DNA of 43,724 bases, counting the filler, from Catajapyx aquilonaris (Eukaryota), in the NCBI GenBank assembly GCA_000934665.2. It is 2 parts of 2 records of this genome, joined end to end, with 100 filler letters (N's around TTAATTAATTAA, not from the genome) between each part and the next. Parts side by side here need not be neighbours in the genome. Positions count along the whole stretch, not along the records: positions 22,033 to 43,724 come from JYFJ02005997.1; 1 more part is not named here. One strand, given 5' to 3'. Both the position numbers and the translations under genes were made by a program. Shown piece by piece: positions 26,701 through 38,339 of this stretch (position 1 is the stretch's first letter; every line of letters begins with the position of its first letter). The notes under the pieces are model-generated. The model was not told the DNA's origin. It ran no database searches and was given only the letters and a program-made list of their open reading frames with translations.

Positions 26701-28004
26701 TTCCTATCTCCGCAGAACTCCGGGTGAAAAAGTGCTGACAACTCCGGTGATGTCCGTAGGGGTTTGGTGGCGCTGGTTCCTGAGCGCTCTGTTAATATGC
26801 CCTGAATGCTCAAAGACCCAACTCTACTGCAGCACTCCCATACGCATCCCCCAGGCCATAGCCCAGTGTCCCGCCCCGAAGCTAGGCATTTATGTCCGAC
26901 CTGCGGCCCAGTGCGAAACACTGATCCCACAATTTGGCAGTCGTCGTCACTTTTGTACTCCCGTACCTTAGGCACAGGCGGCCTGTCCAGACTGCATGCG
27001 TCAATGATGAACCACTTATTCCATGCTCTTGGGTGTGTGAGCGTTCCCTGTCAGATGGTGTGACACTTTGAGCCGGGTACTCCCTGCTGAAGAAATAAAG
27101 TTTATCATTTGTGATAAGTATTACATACTGTACATACGCGCTCCCTCATCTTGTTGTGGAAACAAATCTATCCCAGTAGAATTACTGCTGCAGGTTCTTT
27201 CTGAAAAGTGATAATGTGTAATCAGCTCATTTTAAACTATCTTTTTAGCCATTTGCCTTTTTACATTCACATATTATACGTGTCCACTGTTGCAGTAACT
27301 TTCTTCTCGGCACAGGTAACAGGATCCCCCAAGTTACTTTCATGTACGAAAGGGACCAACTCAAATCCTTCAACTCCATCCCCAGAGAGGTACTGTCTTT
27401 CTGCCCCTACTAGGCTTCACTGCTTCATTTTCTGGCAGATATGGGTGCCCCTTTCCCTCCAGCAATGGCGCACAACCTGCGTAAAAATAGAAGAAAAAAA
27501 AATCCTGAATATGGGGCAGTGCAGTTGGTCCAATCCTTGTGAAGGTTCCGCCTTGAAAATAGAACACGTTTTTCTCTGTGCTTGTCCATAAGGTTTTCCA
27601 GTAAATGTCTTGATGAACAGGGACGTCATGGCCAAGATGCATTTCCAACCAGGCAGTTTCTACCTCAGATAAATCAAATATCTGAGATACTTGTGCTGGT
27701 ACTTACTTCTTGGGACGTAGTCGTTCTTCCCCACTCCGTAACCGCCACACTAAACCCCAAGTAAAACGACTAGGTTAGGCCTAATTGTTTATTATACTGT
27801 GAATACAGCCCCACCAAAATCCTGTGCGTAACCTACTTACATAGAACTGGAGAGAGCCAGTGACCCGACACGCGCTTGATGGTGGTGGGCCTGAGACTGG
27901 TGGGGAGAGGCAGGTGGATGTCCCCCAGGTGCCCCCTACCCTCCCTGACCCCTCGAACACTCTGGTGCTGCCCCTTCAGCGGCTGCCAGTGTAAGTCACA
28001 GGCA

Positions 28005-29390
28005 GGGCCGCGACATACTGTAGCTACGTACTTGCATAGGTTTGTGCTTTATATGACCTTATGACTGTTGGGTTTTGAACCTTGAGGTTTTTTGTTATGC
28101 TCCTCTAAACCTGCCTGACCCGAAGGGCATTTTTGCTCCCGAACACTGCGAAAATTTGTGGATTTTATTTTAAATAAATTTTACATCTTGTGTTGTTGAA
28201 AGGGGTGCTTCGATGGCTTCCTTTGTTTCGTGAGTGAGAATTACAGGCACTGTCCTTCCTTTCTTTCCTGTACTCTAGTTGATGATCCAATGGAGTCGGA
28301 CATTTTTTCAGTTACTGGGAACATCATATTGGTCCAGTCTGGTGCAGAATTGTAACTCGTAATATTCATGAGAGCAAGTTCTCCTTTTATTGAATAAAAT
28401 GATACGCGCCAGACTGACTGTTGACGATTTGTGCCAGTCTCCGTAAGTTGGCTGATCTGAAACTTTCTTGCATTGAAGTTTGAAGATGCCTGTTGATAAT
28501 CATAAGGTCTGACTGGAGTCGTCTAGTGGTAGAGTTGGGGCTTGGTTTTTTTTAAAGTATTAATTACCGCAAGAGCAGGAGCAGATATCCTTTCTGTTTA
28601 TTGTAGGATATGAAGGTGTAAGTAATTTTCACGCACTGCCTCAGTTTTTAAAATCCTGTGAGGTCAGTGCTCTGCCTCGTAAAATTGCTGCGCATTTCTT
28701 AACGTGAATCCCAATCTTGAGGGCGCATGCCACGTTTTCTTCTGTCCAATAATGAGGTTTCCAACTTGCAGGTGCCTGGCACTCTGCACGACACCCTCGA
28801 TATACAGGGTGTAAATCCTAAGCGTGTCACCAGAACAGATGGTGGTAGAGGGCTCAGGTGTGAGCATTTTTGCATAAGGAACTAGGGGTCGGAAACGCAC
28901 CCTCACCGAGTTACGCCCCTTTCAAGTTTGCGGCAGGCGGTGTACAAGAGCGGCGGAGTGACTCGGTGAGGATGCGTTTCCGACCCCTAGTTTCTTATGC
29001 AAAAATGATCACACCTGCGCCCTCTACCACTATCTTTTCTGGTGACACGCTTAGGATTTACACCCTGTATTCTGGCCTAAGGAACATTTTCAAACAACCC
29101 TGGGGCTTCCCTGTTAATATCCTCAGTTGTTGTACTGTTCGTGCCACAATCCTCTGTGGCCTTCGCAAGACGGGATCTGAACTCGTCTTGCACTTTATTG
29201 TCTTATTATTCAGTAGCTTGTTAGTGCCATCTTTGGAACACGTCTAAATAATGCAGATAAACTCGTAGGACTCTGTGTGCCTGTATCTTTGTTCTAAAAT
29301 GCTCTGCCTTTCTTTAGTGAGTTTCGTAGAAATTTTTCACTAAATCCTCAATCTCCATGGCACGCTCATCTACTTGTCGTTGTCTAGGCG
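28005..29390 (-). pseudogene. Degraded tyrosine-recombinase-fold ORF of a Crypton-like element, interrupted by a MITE
   Basis: PSRLGFTLRN, LARIILFNKRR, GKKGRTVPVILT and STNLCKYVATVC occur in the order I recall for this family (IILFNRRR.GE, RGK.GR.VPVLLT, TST.LRK..AT). Confidence 0.6.
28805..29067. mobile_element. Tc1/mariner-type MITE (near-perfect hairpin)
   Basis: TA|CAGGGTGTAAATCCTAAGCGTGTCACCAGAA ... TTCTGGTGACACGCTTAGGATTTACACCCTG|TA, with ~105-bp arms. Confidence 0.92.
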
Positions 29391-29484
29391 CTGGCGCCGT
29401 GCTAACGTTGTTCCTCGCTACCAACTCCTTGATAACAACTTTCCTTTTATCCAGGTCTTCAGGCAGAGGTTTCTCTGCTTTCTG

Positions 29485-30018
29485 CTGACCACGGCACGGT
29501 CACAGGCATATTTGTGTGTGAGGACTGCTGGGAACCGGACCCTGAGGTCCTCGGGCACCTGGGCCATCACCCGGTCGTCCCAGGCCCTCAGTGTCAGGTT
29601 GCAGGAGTCGCATCTGTGGTAGTCCCCGACCAGATAATAGGTATCCCTAATGTCGAGGACTACCCTGACGTGGTTGTAGAGCCCCTTCAGCTGCAACTCT
29701 CTCCGACACGGAGAGCACTGCAGGGGCAGGTCCCACATCCTCTTTGGTGCCCACAAGAACAGCCGCCGCCTGAAGTACGCTGCTGGGATGGGAATGCCGA
29801 CGACTCGGGGCTCCGGCGGGTGGTACCAGTTGACAAGGTTGTCCACCAATTTCCCCTTGCCTCGGTAGAGGAGAGCCCCATAATACTCCCGGTCCTCCTC
29901 AGGCATTCCCTTGTCCCAGCCTTCTGGCACGAACTCGGCGGCGGACTGCCTTGGAGGAGGCGCCATCAGGACACCCGGGCCCGAGACAGACCCAGTGTGA
30001 CGTGGAGGAGGAGGAGGA
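29485..30018 (-). pseudogene. DUF6729 domain fragment (copy 1)
   Basis: WYHPPEP...YFRRRLFLWAPKRMW..LQC..C...GLYNHVRVVLDIRDTYYLVGDYHRC..C...FPAVLTHKYACD. Truncated at both ends. Confidence 0.8.
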
Positions 30019-30199
30019 GTAGCCATCACAGGAGTCCGAGTATTAATTATTTACCGACAAATTTTGCTCCCTCGTTGACATTGGAGCAAAATTCCGCTAG
30101 GAAAACTATCTCAGCTAGTTTTGTCCTATAACTGGAGCGTAGGCCTTCTTTGCTGTGGCGAGCAATGATAGCTTTTCCCTGAACACATCCCTCCCAAGA

Positions 30200-30660
30200 A
30201 TCTTCCACTGCATTGTCTGCCATGGTACAGCTTATTTCTTCATGGTGTGTGACATCATTAATTGCTGCACTTTCTAGGTTGATCCCATTTAGGTTCTTGT
30301 GGTATCTATACAAGAAAAGATCTGGAAACGGGGGCAACCTAATTTGGCCAAAAAATGCGGCTTTTGAGAAAGCCACGATGACCTTCTAGGGCTCTGTTAT
30401 TGACTCTTCTTTCATTCACTCTATAATACTGCAGCATGACAGCTGTAGAGAGTGGTAATTTGTTGGCTATAATTTGTCCGACTTGTTCAGGTACGCCAGG
30501 CGCATGGAACGGGTTCGGTTCTCCTCCATTCCTGCAATCAAAGCTTTCTATGTAGCTCGCTGCCTTGTCCTGGATTTCTTGTGAGATGGTCTGAAAGCAG
30601 CTGTTGCTGTCACCCTCATCATAAGATTCTTTCGGGAGCCTCAAATCACCATCCAATGTA
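30200..30660 (-). pseudogene. Possible NOF/Foldback (MULE-related) transposase fragment
   Basis: NPFHAPGV...KLPLSTAVML...RRVNNRALEGHRGFLK resembles the NP..P...LP.WS...R.TNA.VE.+F..LK region. Confidence 0.4.
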
Positions 30661-31064
30661 TGTCGACTTCTCTATATCCCATGACGCATCACTCGTGCAT
30701 AAATATAATTATTATATTCAAATAATTGGGCCCGCGGGATGAAAACTAATCGTATACAAAATCTAGGCGTCGCCCACCCTTCACGACCCTCCCTACCCTT
30801 GTTGTGACCTTAGCATTTCGTTTGGGGTTGCGGCCTTATGTTTGGGCTTTTCCTTCCTCTCAGCCCTCCACGTGAGGGAGTACAATTCGTCTCTCAGCAT
30901 TTCCCCCCCTCTGCGAACACCACCTCCTCCTCACAATGCTTCTGGAATTCATAAATTCGTTAAGTCTGGTTTTGACAATAGAGCGAGTCCATTTTCCAAG
31001 GAAGACCTGCAGTTCACTATCACTGAATTGAGGCTGCAGGCCTGCCTCTTCACTTCCTCGGTTG

Positions 31065-31500
31065 AATGCATGCAATGTATGCAACAGGAAATACACCATA
31101 TTTGCAGACCCACGGGTACAGACCGGTGACGTCAGCAAAATCGCTCTCTCCTACTGGCTGACGTTCCCATATAACTTGCAGTTCAACATTCCCCCTCTGT
31201 TTAATAATTGCCTCCCTTTGAATGGAGCGTTGATATCTAATATTCATGGTGGAAAATGGGTTTTCATCAAAGAGAATCCTCCGATTGGAGGAGCATGTCG
31301 GACAGCCGTGAAAATAGCATCCATGAAACTCATAGATATGCGTGACGTCACCCAATCTACAGTACCCGCAGACTTAGTATCTCCCTCCACTTCAACCTCA
31401 TTTCCTTGGTACATTAATTGTACTTTTTCACCGGGATTTGTTGTGCTGTTAATCAAAGAGGAATTTGTCCTGCCTAACCGAATGATCTTCTCAATGCAAC
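31065..31500 (-). pseudogene. Maverick/Polinton pPolB fragment (copy B)
   Basis: IYEFHGCYFHGCPTC...LQVIWERQPVGESDFADVTGLYPWVCKYGVFPV, with the same internal deletion as copy A. Confidence 0.8.
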
Positions 31501-32309
31501 CCCTTTTAGCGCTATCTCCGATTACTTATCTCTCCTGTATTCGCCTGCCATGGCAGGAGCTGGCATGACCAGCAGGGCTGGTGGGGCGACCCGTTGTCAT
31601 GTGCCTGATAGGTAGCTCACTGTGGCTACTGCGACCATCACGGCTATAGCTGTAATCCCCCTGCCCATCCGGCGAGTCCAACTGTCCTCTGAAATATGGC
31701 CAGGTGAGCCAGGATGAAATGCCATGGTGATAGTTACCCATCAGTTACTCCAGACTACAGCCCTTAAGTGACCTGAGTAAAGCCAAAAATTAACTTCAGG
31801 GCAAATGCAAACAATTGAACTACACAATACATGCTAGGCTGTACTTATGTCTGCCTCATGAATGAAAAAAATTGCACATGCAAAATGTTTCTACAGTTCG
31901 TGAAGATTTTATCCCATACCATTGTCACAAGTGGCTCTGTGACTTTACTACAAGTCAAATGCCTGTCCAGGTTTGCAAATGGTATGTCTCATCTAACGCT
32001 TTTTGGACATCCCTCCGGTCACATTCCCGTACCTGATCCATTAATTCGCTCTGCATTGTTTCTGTTTCGTCAAGGATGTATAGTAGCGCATTAAAAATTT
32101 CCTGAGACCATTCTAGGGAATATCTGCGGTTTTTAGTGCTACTGCATCTAGAGCCTGTTGAAGTACACCCTCTAATTTGGCCATGGGCTGCTTGAACCGG
32201 AGTTCTGCCTCCATGGTTAGCTGCGATGAGATACAGAATAAATGAGTCATGTTATATGTCCACTCATGGCATTTTTGTGTAATGCTCAAGAAATGTCTAA
32301 TTTCTTATT

Positions 32310-32468
32310 TCCCTCTCCATTGTTTTGTTTCGCCGACAAAACATTTCTCTGCGGGCTTCATTCACTGACTCCAACTGGCTTCTGGTACGTGATTACCGTG
32401 AAGCGTTCGAGATTTCGGAAGCTGTGCCTCTGAATATCCACTGGCATGAACGGATTCCTGGCAATGTT
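32310..32468 (-). pseudogene. Academ-like XPG/PIN nuclease fragment, 3' part (after the LINE insertion)
   Basis: NPFMPVDIQRHSFRNLERFTVITY/SQLESVNEARREMFCRRNKTME continues the frame from 37248+ once the LINE is removed. Confidence 0.7.
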
Positions 32469-32779
32469 TTTTTATTTATTTATTTATTTATTATACCCCG
32501 ATGGGTTTAAAAAACCTTTGGGGGGAGACGACTGGTTACATTGTGAATATAATTACTAACATTGTTACTGGTTTGGTTTTTAGCATATTACATATTTACA
32601 GCTTTACATCTAAAGGGGGAAATACCTTAACATATTTGATAATTTGGGAAATATATCCGAGGTTGACAAAAATCACTAAAGACGTTATGCTGAAACTATA
32701 CACTTGCTCACATGCCTCAGAAAATTTTGGAGGTTGTAGAAGTTGTGTCCATCGATATTATTTGTCATTGCGACCGTAT

Positions 32780-35700
32780 TTAAGTTTGGTGCTGGCGGAA
32801 AAGAATGTAAAAAAATTGCTCGCGGAGTTGAAAGATTGGACAGTCATACATTATGTGATAAAGATCAAAGGGTGCGTCGTCGGTGCAATATGTGCAGTTT
32901 GTTTCTGGCGTTAGTGGAATGTATGATCGACCAGAATTTAAATAAATAGACCTGTTTTTAATATTTATTATTAATCGTTTGATTTGTAACGGCAAGTTTG
33001 CTACTAAATATGACGTATTGTTTACCCCGTTTGAATAAATCTCTTTATACTCCTTGTACCGAGTGGTGAGATGTTGTTTCTCCAAGTCAGCTGTATGAAG
33101 GCTCTGTGCTAGTTTTGTGAGGCACACCCGTTGGTCTACTTCCTCCAACTCATCTACCGCTGTGCCCGCTTTTCGTAGATGGTTTTGTACATGATTTATC
33201 CATATAAGTCTTTTGGGTTTTGTTGAATGTAGCGCCGCGGTTCGTAGGTAGGAATGATGCAAGAGTGGCTGCGTTTGCGTACACCTCAATTTCCTAATGT
33301 ATCCCAAAAGGATTTTTGTCAGTCTAACCTGGATAGACTCTATTTCCAATTCTAGTCTGAGGAAATAACCCGCAGTAGTTTTTGGCAGAGCAAATAGTTT
33401 CTTAATGAATAGATTGTATACTACTTCTAGCTCATCGTAATAACCGGGTGCCCAGACTGGGGAGGCATATGCCATAACAGGGAAGATTTTCGCATGGAAT
33501 ATTTTTATCGCTATGGCTTGGTCGCGTAACTTTAACCCCACTAACACCGGCCATATAGCGTGGACCGTTGTCTTCGCTTTGTCCGCAAAGTACCAGGCTG
33601 TTCTGCGGAAATTGCCGTTATTATAAAAGGGGACCCCCAGATATGTGTAGTGCGAGACCTGCTCAATTACGGCTCCATCCATTTGGAAAACACGAGCGTT
33701 TTTTCTACCCGACCTTGTGAAGACCATAATCTTCGTCTTTTCTTTGTTTATTTGTAAACACCGCATTTTGAAATACTCAGCTAGGCATTGCATACTTCGC
33801 TCAAAATAAAGCTGATTATCCGCCATCAAAACTAAATCATCTGCATACGCCAGCAGGTGTACGTCTGGCATGTCTGGGGCCACAGTTAAGCCTGGAGGGC
33901 CTTGCCTCCTTAAAAATTCATCCACGTCGGCAATAAAAAGATTAAACAGTACCGGCGAAAGAGGTTCGCCTTGCATGACTCCACATCCAACAGTTATCTC
34001 TCCTGGCTTGCCATCTTGGGGTACCGGTCTCACCTTTGAGTAAATATTAATAAGTATATTTATAAAGTGTGTTGGAAGGCCCAATGTGAACAGACGCTTC
34101 CACAAGTTTGAATGCTGTATGCTGTCAAGGCTTTTGATAAGTCGACAAATAGTGAAAACAATTTTCCTCTCGGTTTGGTTATTTGTTGCTGGATGAGGGC
34201 ATTAAGAATAAAAATCTGATCTTGGCAGCCTCTACCTTTTCTGAAGGCAGCCTGCGTTTCAGGGAAGATGTTCCTACTTTCCGCCCAATGTGAGAGACGT
34301 TTCACCAAAATTGATGTGTATAATTTGAACACGTTATTGAATAATGTAATCGGGCGGTAATTTTCAGGGCATGTCGGGTCACCTTTCTTGAAGATTGGAA
34401 TAACTATGGCTCGTGGCCAACTAGTTGGAATAATGGCAGCGCTGAGACAGAAATTCATCTGGTTTAATATATAGTCAAACAGCGGCTGTGAGTTAATCTT
34501 CAAAAAATTATTTGATATGAAATCAGGACCCACCGATTTATTCCTGTCTAATCTGCCAATTGCCGATGCTAGTTCGTCCTGAGTAATAGGTGATGTTAAA
34601 AGGTCATCTATTTTCGAGTGATACCCTGTCTGGCTCATCATGTCCATTGGATGAGGCGGCCGGTCACCAAATACTTTTTTCAGATGATGCCACCAAACGT
34701 TTGGGGGAAGGGAATTAATCTTACTTCGTTTTGTCCCTCCGTTTACCAGCTGCCAAAAAGTTTTTGCGTCCTTTGTCTGGGTCAGGGTATTGCGTCTGCT
34801 TCTCTCATATGCCTTTGCCTTTTGCCGTTTTCATATTTTTATGAGTTCGATTAGCTGCTCTGTAGTCCTCCAGATTAAATTGAGTAGGGTTTTTTCTCCA
34901 AGCTTCTAACTTTTTCATCACTGTTCGTTTTGACTCTCTAATTTCCTCGTCGAACCATTTGGCCCTATTTACTTTCGTGTGGCTACCCGTATCCGACTTA
35001 GGGGTATACAACAGCCCTTCTTCCAGTAGCAAATTTGTCGTTAAATTAGCAAAAGTTGACGACCACCTGTCTACTAATAGTTGTTCATCCTCATTATCCT
35101 CTGCTTCAAGATGTATTGGTAAAATCCATTCATCTATTTGCGGAGCTAAGTGATCCAGAGTGGTATCCATCCAAACCAGTTTTTTGTATGTTTGCGGTGG
35201 TGGGGCAAAATGGGTCAGATAGGGGAACATGACATGCAAGGTTATTGGGAAATGGTCTGATCCTAGCACATTTAGCACCTCGAAATTCAGAGCCATGTGA
35301 GCAAAAGCGTTGGACAAACACATAATATCTATAACTGAACAGCCCTGATGAGATACAAAAGTAACGTCACCCTTGCTATCAGACCGAGACGTACCATTAA
35401 CAACTATCAGAGCATTCTCATTACAGAAGTTCCAGAATAATTTACCTCTCATGTTTATAATTTTATCTTCTGATTTACGATCCACAGAGCAAAATTCTAA
35501 TGGTGCTTCCGTTATGAACATTGATTGCACCGTCTCGTTGCCCAATCTAGCGTTGAAATCGCCCATTATTATCAATGGTCCGTCTCCGTCGTAATTTTGT
35601 GACAATAGAAAATTTATCACTTGTAGTTGCTCTTCCAACGGCATAGTCGGTGCACAATACCCCAAAAATAAATGAACCGTGGTGTAGCTGACTTGAATAG

Positions 35701-36025
35701 TAACATAAATATACCAGTCTGAATCATTAACCAGTGTTGAAGCCCACTTTTTACTCACCAAGAGTAAAATCCCACCAGAAGGGCGGCCCACTTTATATAA
35801 TTTCACTGCCGGCACTTGGAATATCACGTAATTTACTTCAACACTCTTAATTGACACCTTATTTACTTTCCAAGTTTCTAGTAATCCTATGGCGAGTGTG
35901 GGTGGGGACAATGTTCGTACGTCTTCAAGTCTTTCTAATATTGGCCCTCCCGCAACATTCCAACACGTTACCGTTAGCGAACTGTTTCGCACATATTCTT
36001 CACCATTGTTAATAACTTCTCTCAC
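32780..36025 (-). pseudogene. LINE ORF2 (AP endonuclease, reverse transcriptase, C-terminal CCHC) with two frameshifts
   Basis: WNVAG, LLETW, IMGDFNAR, GSDHFPI; PIFKKGD, NYRPITL, FVDLSKA, GVMQGEPLSPVLFNLFI, YADD; CTYC...H...C. Frameshifts at ~34830 and ~34125, both next to short homopolymers. Confidence 0.92.
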
Positions 36026-36137
36026 CTCACCGGAAACGTCCTCTGATGTGTCAGCCGGATTTTGTTCCTTTCTCGACTCATGTTACGACTTGCCAGTTGT
36101 TGACCTCCTCACTTCTTGTGAGCCTTGAAACCTGAAC

Positions 36138-37091
36138 TTATCCAGCTTTCGGCCGACATCGGGTTGAGGGGGCCAGCAAGCCCGCCATCGGTATTGCCGG
36201 ATCACCATACTCACTGGGGACTGATACCACAGGGGGTGGGGGATTCAACACTTCACTAGACACCTCTGTTTCACCTCCTTCGTTTGATACCGGGCTTCCT
36301 AATTGTGCGTTAAGTCGTTTCCCAGGGCCAGCAAAATCTTCTGGCGAACTGATGGGCCGTTTTGTGGACTGTGCTCCCATTTGTTTGTTGCCTGTTGTAA
36401 TTTCTTGAGAGCCGCGTCGGGACCGTTCGACCCGCTGCACATCCGTCCCCTCCGCATTGAGCTCATAGAGTGTGCCATCCACCATCAATTTGTCCATCTT
36501 GAATGTTGCCAAATGGTTTCTCTGTTTCGCGTCCTTTAAAAAAGGAAGGAGCGCTTGCCTTTTTATACGGGTGGCGATTGCATAATCTTCGGATAGACCC
36601 AACTGCGTGTTCTTCAGATTTTTTGCGTTTGACAGTAGAATGTCCTTGTCACGTTGCCGCAAAAGAGCCGCTATTATTGGTCGGCGACCCTCTTTTGACC
36701 CAACACGGTGAACGCGTTGGAACTCTATCGCAGCTGGTGATGGGTGAAGGTCAAATTCCGTCACCTTTGCACGCAGTAACTTCTCGGTGTCGGCCCATCT
36801 TTCCTTACCATTTTCCGGCACTCCGTATAGCACGATGTTTAGCCTCCTGGATCGATTTTCGAGTTCTTCCAGCTGGCCTCCGAGATTGCTGACCTTGTCC
36901 TGCAGCTTGGTATTCTCTTGTTGCAGGAAACTAGCGGAGGCCCTCAGGTCCTCCATTTCACCACGCAGGCCAAGGTGCGACTCCTCCCAGGATGACCGTA
37001 AATCCGTGGCAACCTGGTCCATGTTAGCTATCAGGTCTGCTTTGAGACTTTCCAGAAGTGACCGTATGGCGTCCAACGACACTTCGCCCAT
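36138..37091 (-). CDS. LINE ORF1 (coiled coil plus L1-type RRM/CTD)
   Basis: Intact 317-aa ORF. Heptad region, then LENRSRRLNIVLYGVPE, FQRVHRVG...RPIIA and LSEDY. Confidence 0.9.
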   Translation of the reverse strand: MGEVSLDAIRSLLESLKADLIANMDQVATDLRSSWEESHLGLRGEMEDLRASASFLQQENTKLQDKVSNLGGQLEELENRSRRLNIVLYGVPENGKERWADTEKLLRAKVTEFDLHPSPAAIEFQRVHRVGSKEGRRPIIAALLRQRDKDILLSNAKNLKNTQLGLSEDYAIATRIKRQALLPFLKDAKQRNHLATFKMDKLMVDGTLYELNAEGTDVQRVERSRRGSQEITTGNKQMGAQSTKRPISSPEDFAGPGKRLNAQLGSPVSNEGGETEVSSEVLNPPPPVVSVPSEYGDPAIPMAGLLAPSTRCRPKAG

Positions 37092-37247
37092 GGTAACTCG
37101 GTGTAGTCCAACGCACTATTACGGTGATTTGACTCACGATAAGTCCTTTTTTCCCCTTGCGTTGGAAAAAGAGGGAAGGGGGGGGCTCTGACTATTACGG
37201 AGCTCCGCACAAGCACGACCGATCTCACTCGCTCTCACCAGTCGTCT

Positions 37248-37545
37248 GATTCCTGGCAGTGTTGGTGAAGGCTGCTGTAATTTCCGGACATGCTTTCCAG
37301 GCCATCCATCCTGATTTTTCCCCTTTGCCAGGGAATGCTGAAACGGTGTCACAACCAGTGAAGCTGTGGATTTATTCTTTCCCAATGTCTGTGCAATACC
37401 ATTAACGTGAATGTAGGAAAAGTTCCTCCCTTTACTGAATGCCACCCAGATGTTGGCCTTGGGACACAACGCTTTCAGTTGGTAAAACTTTCCTATCAGA
37501 ATGGCTATAGAACATCTGTATCCACAGTGCGAATGAAAGAGTTTC
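37248..37545 (-). pseudogene. Academ-like XPG/PIN nuclease fragment, 5' part
   Basis: IRTVDTDV...IWVAFSKG...TGCDTVSAFPGKGEKSGWMAWKACPEITAAF. Confidence 0.75.
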
Positions 37546-37664
37546 AAGCGAGTGCAACATGGTGGCACTTTTGCACCTCAAAGAGATGGCAAGCAACCAG
37601 TGAGGATGCCAACTTCCTGAGACCTTTCAGTCTTTCAAGAGTCCTAAGCATAGTGCTCTGACTT

Positions 37665-37740
37665 GTCCCACTCTAAACCAAGCTCCCGTGCTGTCCATCG
37701 CCGAGTGTCCGGCATGCAACATCCAACAACTCCAAGCGCA
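37665..37740 (-). pseudogene. Very short mariner N-terminal HTH-like fragment
   Basis: DTRRWTARELGLE resembles the mariner DRR.T.RE+A.E motif. Too short to be certain. Confidence 0.35.
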
Positions 37741-38339
37741 CCAGTCTCGGGCCGTCTTAGGGCGATGGTGCGGTTGGGGTGGTCACATTCTCCATTTGTT
37801 TCCCCGGCCCGTCGCGATATAGGCAACGTCTATATGCCGGATCGAATTGTAATCGCCGGATCTTTAATCAGCTCGTGTAGATTTATTGCAAGCAAGAAAG
37901 GAGCCAATCTGGGCATGCTCTGGTATGGGCCGCGACACTTGTACTTTCAAGGAGGGAACTCGAATACTTGGATAGTGGGTGGAAGTTGCTTCCCTCCCAC
38001 ATTTCCTCGTTTGCGCCGGGCTTTATGGCCAACTGGCCAGCTAATGGGGTAAAATAAATAAAAATATTGAAAATTATTGCACCTGGTTGAAGGGTAATTC
38101 TAAAATGCCCTCGGAATCATTACGGTACACCCTACATATACCTAAATAAGTAGCACCATCCCCTGCTGTTCTGCACCTTTGGTCGCCATTTCTGCTGGAA
38201 AAAAAGAGGATTTCCTTCATACTTTGACTGTCCCACATGTAATATTGGAAATATTTTAAAATTTGTGCATGAAATTCATATAGGTTATCCAGAAATATTC
38301 AAGGAACGAGAATTTGAATTTTTTTTTATTATTCCAATT

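Larger units (their letters stand above)
32469..37247 (-). mobile_element. Full-length non-LTR retrotransposon (APE-RT type, RTE-X-like), ~4.8 kb
   Basis: ORF1 and ORF2 present, with a (TAAA)n/A tail at ~32469-32492. A 16-bp TSD with one mismatch flanks it: GATTCCTGGCAATGTT (32453-32468) and GATTCCTGGCAGTGTT (37248-37263). Confidence 0.93.
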
